This document shows positions 55,860 through 64,000 of a DNA stretch of 64,000 nt, piece by piece. Source of the stretch: Balamuthia mandrillaris (lineage: Eukaryota). The notes under the pieces are model-generated. The model made no database searches. It had not been told where the DNA came from and saw nothing but the letters and a program-made list of their open reading frames with translations. Where the stretch lies: positions 310,001 through 374,000 of the forward strand of contig JAVKOQ020000010.1 of NCBI GenBank assembly GCA_031835245.2, given 5' to 3'. Within the stretch, counting starts at the first letter, position 1, and every line of letters starts with the position of its first letter. The translations under genes and the position numbers were made by a program.

Positions 55860-58800
55860 TTTTCCCTCTTTGGTTTATCTCATTCTCTCTGATGTGTGAC
55901 CATCATGTAGCTTCGTGGCAGCCAATTGCAGCCGCTACTTATTGAGAGGATTCTTACGGAGCCTTCCTTCTTCTTTCCTTGTACAATGCGCAGATCTTCA
56001 AACGGACGACGCGATTCCTTCTTCATCTACACTTCCATCAGCATCATCCACTGTCAAGAAAGAGCCATCTTTACGTGCTAGCGAAGATGTAGACAGAGGA
56101 GGAGAGTCATCCGAAGATGAAGGATCCTTCCCCACCACCACGCACTCTACCACGGCAGAGCCAACACCAAAAATGCAACAAAAAACGGAAGAAGAAAAAG
56201 CTTCCTCTTCTTTGGTTCTGTCCATGAGCTTCGGAGATCAAGTCTTGGACAAAATAGCAGTGAACGCTTGTAAACATCTCACAGAATGGTTGGAGCGATA
56301 TCAAAAAGAAGACTACGACGAAGGAGCCAAAGAAAAAGAAGGAGAAGAGAGAGTAAGAGGGAAAAGGAAGGCGTATTTAGTGCAAGTTTCGTTTGAGTTG
56401 GCAGAGTTTTATTTCTATTCGGAGCAGTTTGAGGAGGCGCGAACGCAATTTAGTAACTCACTCTCGTTTTGGCAACGCTTCTTCACGGAACGTGGGGAAA
56501 ACACCAATGTAGTTCCTTTCCATCTGCGCAAGTACTGGTACGCTTTTTTCTTCAACTCTCTGTTTATCATTTTCTCTTTTAATCTTCCATCATTTTCTGA
56601 GTGTGGTTTTTCTTACTTTGTCGTGATTTTCTCAGCACTGTCAAGGCGGAAAGGCTTCATGCCTTTCTACAAGCATGCGACCTAATTGCCGCAAAACGAA
56701 CTTCCTCTTCTTTGCTCACTCCCTCTGCTAAGGCATCACCTTCTTCATCCAATCTCATGCTTTGCTTAGAAGACATTCGCTTGCATCTCTCTCGGAACTA
56801 CATTCAGCAACAGAAAGAAGAAAATGCAAAGGCCTTCGACTCGATATGTGACATCTTGACGCAAGACAACTTCAAAGATGAGCTAGATTGGAACTATCGG
56901 GCTTTCCTCGTTGATTGCGATGAGCTTAGAAGCATTCGAGGCAACATTACCATTCTCAATGCCCTGAAAATGGTTTTGCGTTGCGGCATCCCCTCTCTTC
57001 GGCTTCGCAACGAGCTTCAACGAGATGCTCTCTTTCTTCTTCTTCCATTGTTGAACGATTATAACGCCAATAGATTGACGCTACATATGAGGGAAGAGAA
57101 ATACGGCTCGTTTCTGCTTCGACGAGGCTCTGAAGAAGACGCCAAACAAAAAGCAAAAGAAGACGCGTTTTATCCTGAAGTTATTGGCGATGCGACGATG
57201 CGGTTTCTCTTCTATGCTGCTTATTCAATGTTTATACATGCGAAAGGTACCTTTCTTTCTTTATTAGATCGGTTTATAGCCTTTTCCTTCATTAATATTC
57301 TTTTATTTTTAACAATAGAATATGGACCGTTGGTCACCAACTACGATTACACACCATCTTTGTACCAACATACGGCTGGAAACTTTCTTCTCAATTCTTG
57401 GACCCATCAACCTTATACCAAGTCTTCCTCTTCTGCATTGCAATTAGACCAACAAACACTCGTCCTTAAATTCCTTGCCGCGATCTGCTCTCGACAGAAT
57501 GAACCGCATTATTGGCATTACTTCGCACAAATGTTGGAAAGATTAAGAGAGGAACAACAAGTTCTCGATTCGAATCTTCTTACGGAATACAAACATAGAG
57601 TTGACTCCGCGATAACGTTTGCTCAAGAGTTTCAACGGCAAGGAAAAAGAATGGAACAAGAACAACGAACAAAGAAAAGAGGACGAGCCAAGAGAACGTT
57701 ACAGAGGTTGATAGAAGAAGATGAAGAATGGAAAGTTGGGTTGTTCTCTACTCCGTCAGGAGAGTTAACATCTTCTTTTGATGAACGATTCGAAAAGTGG
57801 TGGACTCAACATTACAAACGAAAGAAGGGCAAGAACGAAACAAATGAAAAAGAAGACAAATCTTCTCAATTTGCGAAAGAAAAATTTGCGTTGCTCAAAG
57901 CAAAACAACTCGCAGCACTCGGCGATGAAGACAATGCACGAAAGTTGTTTGCTTTCGTACTCAGCTCTCATAGCTCGCAAACGAAAACGCCAAACGCAAA
58001 ATTTGCGACTTACGGAGTGTTGCTTCTCGACATCTCTTCTTATGAGCGTTCTGTTCTTTCTCGAAAGAAAAACAAAAAAAGCACGAAGTCTAAACGAACG
58101 AAAATAGAGGATATAGCATCTCAATCTACAATGAGTACTTCTCCAACTTCATCTTCTTCTGACGAGAAAACCAAGAAAAGCAAGAACGAGAATGAAGAAC
58201 GTTTGACACTCAGCATTTTTCAAGCGTTAGAGAAATTTGGAATGCCTCCCAACAAAACTACTTTGAGCATCATTCTCGCTTTCTTTCTCAACACTCAACA
58301 AACAGAAGCTTTCTCTCGTTACAGCAATACGCTTCAAGAGTTGCTTCATCAAGCTCTGGCATCATCTTCTTTTGAACAAAGGTTTCGACTACAGCAAAGA
58401 GAGCACCAACAAGACTTCAAGAAAGAGAAAGAGAAAGAAATGGAAGAGGAGGAAACGTTGCCAAAAAAGGAAGATATGACACCACAAGAAGTCGGTCGTT
58501 ATCAATCATTGCTGCAAGCGACTCAAACCTTTGCGGAACTGTCTCAACAATCCCAAAATTATCTCTCACTTCTTCAACAGCATTCCTCTTCATCATCATC
58601 ATCATCTTCTTCTTCTTCTTTTTCTTCTTCTTCTTCTTCTTCTTCTTCTTCTTCAGAACATGTAACAGAACTGACAGAAAGCAGAACAGAAGAAAAAGAA
58701 GAAGTTAACAAGAAAAAGGATCGTGAAAGCGAAGAGAAGTGTGAGAAAGAAGGAATGGTATTAGAAACAGAGGAAGAAAAGGAGCAGAGACAACAACATG

Positions 58801-59479
58801 ATGAACAGAGACAACGAGAACAGGCAGTAGAGAAGATCAGCCACACATTTGACCATCTTTTAGGCTATTTGGTGGTTCCTCATTCTCCGATGACCGCAAG
58901 CACCAATTTTCCATTTGTAGATGTATGTTCTTTTCTCGTTGACTGTCTCGTTCCCTTTATTTGTTCAAAACTGACACAAATATCAAAACAGTGGCTTCCT
59001 AATTCTGGGCTTTTGTCACAACTGCGTGAACAATCGCTGCTGCAAGCGATGGTAGGATTGCTTGCAGGAGCGATCTTCCATCTTCAGAAGAAGACAGGAG
59101 TGCCCAGCGAGCTTCCCATTCATGCTTATGGTCCTTTGGCGTTGCTCACTACCAATCCAGTTTTCTTTGCAAGAAGGTTTCCCTTTTCTCTCTTTCTCTC
59201 TGTGATTTCGTTTTCTTTATCGCCATTTGCTTAAGCTCTTTCCATTGTTCTTTTTTCTTTCAGTACGACGGTATCACCACAAACGGTAGCGTCTATTTGG
59301 GAGCTCTTCAAAGCTACGCTGGAACGTCTTCACGCTCTTCATCCCAACGATGAGCGGTGGCTCTTTGCCCTTGGAGATACCGCCTATGAAGTATCGCACT
59401 GGAAAGAGGCCCTGTCGTTCGTTTCCCGGCTTTCTCTTCATTTTGTTTTCTTTTATGTTGTTGCCATCGTTTTTTTCTT

Positions 59480-59511
<32 letters not shown>

Positions 59512-60281
59512 CTTGTTCTTGTTCTTGTTTACATTGTTTGTTGGCTTACTTATCTTTTCAAAAGCTATTACGTTTGGGGTGCTGGAGTAAGCACGTCATT
59601 CTTTTGTACACCGCATGCACAACCTACTGCTCATTTCTACCACTTTCTTCCTCGTATCATAGCCGTTCTTTTTCACATCAAAGGTTAGCCACTTTCTTCT
59701 TTTCTGTTTCGTTTCCACTTCTATCCCTTCTTTCTTGTCTTCTTTTTATTCACTTGCTCCATTGACTTTGTTCAATGCAGCACATCAACACGTGGCCATT
59801 TTGAGCCAATTTCTGCCTATGGTGGACTACAACAACGCATTTAAGGCGGTGCAAGCCGACCCTCCTTCCTTGGACGAAACCTACTTTGAGTTCTTTTGGG
59901 AGATGCCCATCCTCGAACTTCTTGTCTGTATCCTTTTTTGAATTCCTTTTCGTTTTGTTTGCTTGCTTGCGTTTTTGTTCTCCTCGATTGTTCTCTTTGA
60001 CCATCCAACTAGATGTCTTTTCACAGTTGGGCCAACAGAAAAAAGTCACACTTTTGGTACGCTTATTGCCCCTTTATTTTGTGTTGTTGTTTCTTTTTGT
60101 TTGTTTGTTTGAAACTGCAAACCAAGAACACGCATTGACTTCTCGCATAGGTGGAGCTCATCGGCAGGAAGGAGCTCAACCAAAACAATCATCCGCAAAT
60201 GAGAGCAACGTTCATTCAGCACATCAAACGCAACTATCTGAAAGCGCTTTGTCACCAGTTTTTGGATCCCTCTTTGACTTA
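54869..60281 (+). CDS. INTS8: Integrator complex subunit 8-like protein; multi-exon
   Basis: C-terminus VAILSQFLPMVDYNNAFKAVQ...YFEFFWEMPILELLVY...IGRKELNQNN matches the INTS8 C-terminal pattern as I recall it. N-terminal LEFIID...NPSAHDLI and ELAEFYFY also fit. Confidence 0.8.
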
Positions 60282-60629
60282 AAGCCAAAATACAAATAAA
60301 AAAAGCGAGGTGCTTCTCCTTCTCCTGAATTCTTTTATCCATTTTTTTTCTTTTTTCTTTTTTCTTTTTATTTTTTTATTTTTTTATTTTTTTTTGTTTT
60401 ATTTTTATTTTATTTTATTTATGTCAAATTATTGAAGATTTATTGGTGGAGTTCAAAAAATATTGGAACATTTCAATATTTTCGTATAATTTACCAAATT
60501 TGGCTTGATATTTCGTAATTATTACCCCAAATCAACAATTGTGCAGTAATTGCGAGACCTGCTTATCCAACGGAGCTACGAAGGGAGTTTCCTTTTGTTC
60601 CTTTTGTTTCTACCCAAAGCGGCACAAAC

Positions 60630-63600
60630 ATGAGTAACGCGGTAACTTTGCCTTCCTTGCTTTTCTTCCTCTTCTTTCTCCTGTTCCTTCTTCCTTTCGT
60701 TTTCTGCACCACTGCGGTTCGCTTCCATTATTGGGACGATTCTCTCCTTCCTGCGGGCAAACAAGTACAGCTACAATTGGAATTTGGCGACAACATCGCT
60801 GTTGCTGTTAAAACTCGCATCGTCACGCTCTTTCACGACTTTTTATCGCAACATCAAACCGACTACAACAGCAAGCATACCACCGATGCACTCATTACTC
60901 TAATTCTCTCTTTTGGAAACACGACAACAACACGTTCTTTGATACCGTTTTCCGAGCTACAAGCTTTGGGCTCTGAAGCGTTCATTCTCCGCTCTTCTTC
61001 CGACACCTCTTCATTCTTATTTGTTGCCGATGGAAATCATAGAAGCGATAATTATTCAGCAACCACAGCAGGACAAAAAGTCAATATCGGAGCTCATTTC
61101 GGAAGCTATGCGTTGTTGGAGAGCCTTGGCTTTGGTTTCTTCCATCCTCTCAAACCCACCATCCCTTCTTCTCTTCTTTCTTCTTCCTTCTTTCGCTCTT
61201 CTTCTGCACATGCTGCCCTGAATGTGAAAGAGGCGCCACGTTGGCCGATGCGCGGACTGCATCATCACACGCAGCACCCCTTGGAGTTTTGCGAGTACTT
61301 TAATGGGTTTGACTCGATGTATAACGCCACCACACCACAACCATGGGACAGCATGACTGCTGAATTCACCATGTTCCTTGAATGGGTACACTTCTTTCTT
61401 TTCATGTGGCATTTTCTCTCTTCTTCGTCAGCTGTTTGTCTTTACATTTTATCGTTTGTTCTCTTTTTCATTCTTTCATTCGCGGTACTATCCTAACAGC
61501 TAAATAGATGATAGCAAATCGACAAAACAGCGTGGAATGGGTGTTGCTCTACTCGGACGAGTGGAAAGAGTTTGCATGGAGCGAGCTTCGCCATCACCGA
61601 ATGAAGAGCATCATCAACACTGCTCATCAATGGGGCTTGAGCGTGGGGGCTGATTGTGGAATAGTAATTTACCAACAACATGGCTGGCCTCTCATTCAGA
61701 ACATCACCACCCCGTCGGACATCAAGAGGCAGATGCATCGTCATCTGGATTGGTTGTTTTCTGCTGGCTTCGACTTTCTGGCCACAGAAAGTGGATTCAC
61801 CGAGTTCACCAAACCTTCTTGGTTCGTCCTCCTCACCTCTTTCTCAGTCTGTTTCGGTCTTCACTTGCCGTTTCTTGTCATCGTTCTTTTCGTTTCTTTC
61901 TTGTTGTTTCTTTGTCGCTTCGTTCTTGCCGTTTCCTTCTTATATTCGTCTTTCTTTCTTTCATCTGCATCCTATCTTTACCTTCGCTATCAACACACCT
62001 TTTTTATCTTGTTTTCTTTCTCCTCGCGAACCTTTCATCTCATCCTTTGTTTGATAAACAGTCCGGAGATGCTGTCATGGATGAACGAAGTGGTGGAGTA
62101 CTCCGCCAGCCAATGGAACCGCGCCGTCTTCATCAAGTGCCACTGTTCCACAGGACAAACCTGTGCGGAGTTTAAGGATCCCATCACGGGCAAACCCCTG
62201 AACTTCAACTTCCTGCCCTATTTCGCTGATGCTCGCTTGGGAGTGCTCCCTCACACCGTGCAGTTTTACAACTTCACCCAGCCAGCTCCCACCTATGGCA
62301 ACCGCAACTTCAAGGGGATGTTGCAGTTCTTGGAGGAAAACCTGGGGAAGAGGCCTGTGGTGTACCATGGAGAGACAGCGTATTGGGTGAACTTTGACAT
62401 CGATGTGCCTCTCTTCTTGCCTCTCTTTGCTCAATCTCGAGTGGAGGATCTCCGCGCCATCGCCACACTAGAGAACCACCTCCACAACAACAACGAGCAC
62501 CACAAGGAGAAGAAGGGGAGGAGGATGGAGGGACAGATGAACTTCAACAGTGGGTGGGAATGGGGGTATTGGTTGAATGATGTGGTGACGTTGAGGGGAG
62601 CGTGGAATCCCTTGGTGGAGGAGCAGAGCACGAGCAGAGGAGCAGTGAAGCAGCTGTTGCAACCCTTGAGGAATGCATTTGGGGAGGTGATCGGGGAGGA
62701 GTTAGTGGAGGTGTTGCTTGATGTGATGGAGGTGGAGGCGCACTTGTTGGTGGAGGGCTCAGTGGATGGAGGCAAGACAAGGCCTTCTTCGGTGGAGAAG
62801 AGGAATGGGCAAGCTTATCTTCAAGGTTGGGACACGTGGTCTGATTTGACAAGCTTGGTATGTTTTGGCTTCCTTCTCGTTTTCATTTCTCTTCTCGGCT
62901 TCTCTTGTTGGCTCTTATCTCTCCACTTCTTTTGCTTCTATCGTTCTCGCTTCATTTCGCTCCTCCTCGTTTGTCTTATCTCGCTCCCTATCTTTAGGTC
63001 AGCTCGAATGTAGTCACACAGCCTAACAAGTTGGGACTGCAATCAGCACTGAATCCTTGGAGCAATCCAAGCTACAACAAAGAGATAGCACCATTGTTGG
63101 AAGCCATGGCCCTGAACTTTACTGCTTTGGCAAACAGATTAGACGGATTGAGCGCATCCGTGCCCTCTTCTGTTCAAGACTTGTTTGACGAATTGCGGGA
63201 CTCCATCCAAATCACTGCTTCTCGTGCTGTTCAAAGTTTGTCTTGGCTTCATTTTTTAGCTTTCATGTTTATCTTTTTCTTGGCAAAGTACGTCTAACTT
63301 TGTTGTCTTGTTGCTTAGTTTACAGTCTTTATAATTACGCGGCGAGTTGGTACAAGTTCGATGCTGCATACAGACAGGCCCAGCTTCAAACGGCACAACA
63401 AGCCATCACCAAAGCCACCGCCATCGTGAGGAGCAGGGAAGCTGCCTATCGCGTTCCTGTGCAGCGTATTGCCGCTTGGCGAAAGAATCCCACCGTTTAT
63501 CATTATGGCTATCTTTGGACCGTTCACTCTCTCCAATACTTTTGTAAGCTCGCCTTTCATCTCTTCTCTCTCCCCCCTTTGTACTAAGGATTCTGTGCGT

Positions 63601-63907
63601 ACGACAGGGAGAGACTTTGGAATAGCAACATGGAAATCGACAGAAGCTGAACTGAGTCCATGCTATCTCAACTTCATTTCTCCTATTAATGTAGTCTTCG
63701 GAGAGGGCATATGGCAAAACATGACACAAGCAGTATACGACGTACATCGTTGCATCTATTTTTGATTGCTCCGTTTCAACTGAAACGTTTTTTTAACTTT
63801 CCTTCATTAACGCAAAATAGCTGTTAGAACGGTTCGACTGGACTCATTTCTTTGCTGATTGTTTGGAAGCTCCAACAAAGGAACCTCAATACCCTCGAGA
63901 CCTTTGA
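60630..63907 (+). CDS. Secreted uncharacterised protein, possibly glycoside-hydrolase-like; multi-exon
   Basis: Signal peptide. LGSEAFILRS...FGSYALLESLGFGFFHP...PRWPMRG resembles the N-terminal domain of GH20/GH67/GH115 enzymes. HHHTQHPLE, KCHCSTGQ, GVLPHTVQ, ETAYWVNFDIDVPLFLP and SGWEWGYW follow. Confidence 0.75.
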
Positions 63908-64000
63908 CCTTAAAGAACAATTTTACTGCACGTACGTTGGCTTGCATCTGTTGACTCCACCGTAGAAGTCAATGAAGCTCGCTTGGACATTTCAACACTT

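Noticed and set aside
63920..64000. Possible 3' end of a minus-strand gene (...FIDFYGGVNRCKPTYVQ*)
   Set aside because: Too little sequence in the window to support a call.

Overview
This is eukaryotic nuclear DNA. It is gene-dense, with short pyrimidine/CT-rich GT-AG introns, GC-rich exons and AT-rich spacers. The gene content suggests a free-living amoebozoan (inference). The window starts inside a decayed minus-strand non-LTR retrotransposon (RRM-type ORF1, APE endonuclease, RT). About 23 protein genes follow: a CH-domain ER/K-rich protein, RhoGEF, two SDRs, an ankyrin protein, phosphoserine phosphatase, two giant-virus-like F-box/ankyrin genes, a bacterial-like FG-GAP protein, RhoGAP, an LPMO, an FAD monooxygenase, a GT4, a CBS protein, a TKL kinase, a PLD-like protein, Ras, MTFP1, INTS8 and several uncharacterised, mostly secreted proteins. 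Highlights: (1) two collinear Fanzor/TnpB relics on the minus strand, one missed by the ORF track, which keeps the RuvC-III end (CG-x3-DRDINGARNI) plus a folded omegaRNA-like tail and is bounded by GTAAGT...CAG; (2) a TGTCGACA palindrome upstream of many genes; (3) a PLD with both HKD motifs degenerate; (4) an intron-containing tRNA-Tyr nested inside a spliceosomal intron; (5) a structured RNA candidate and a U12-type intron in INTS8. All calls come from reading motifs by eye; no searches were run, and many exon boundaries are approximate.
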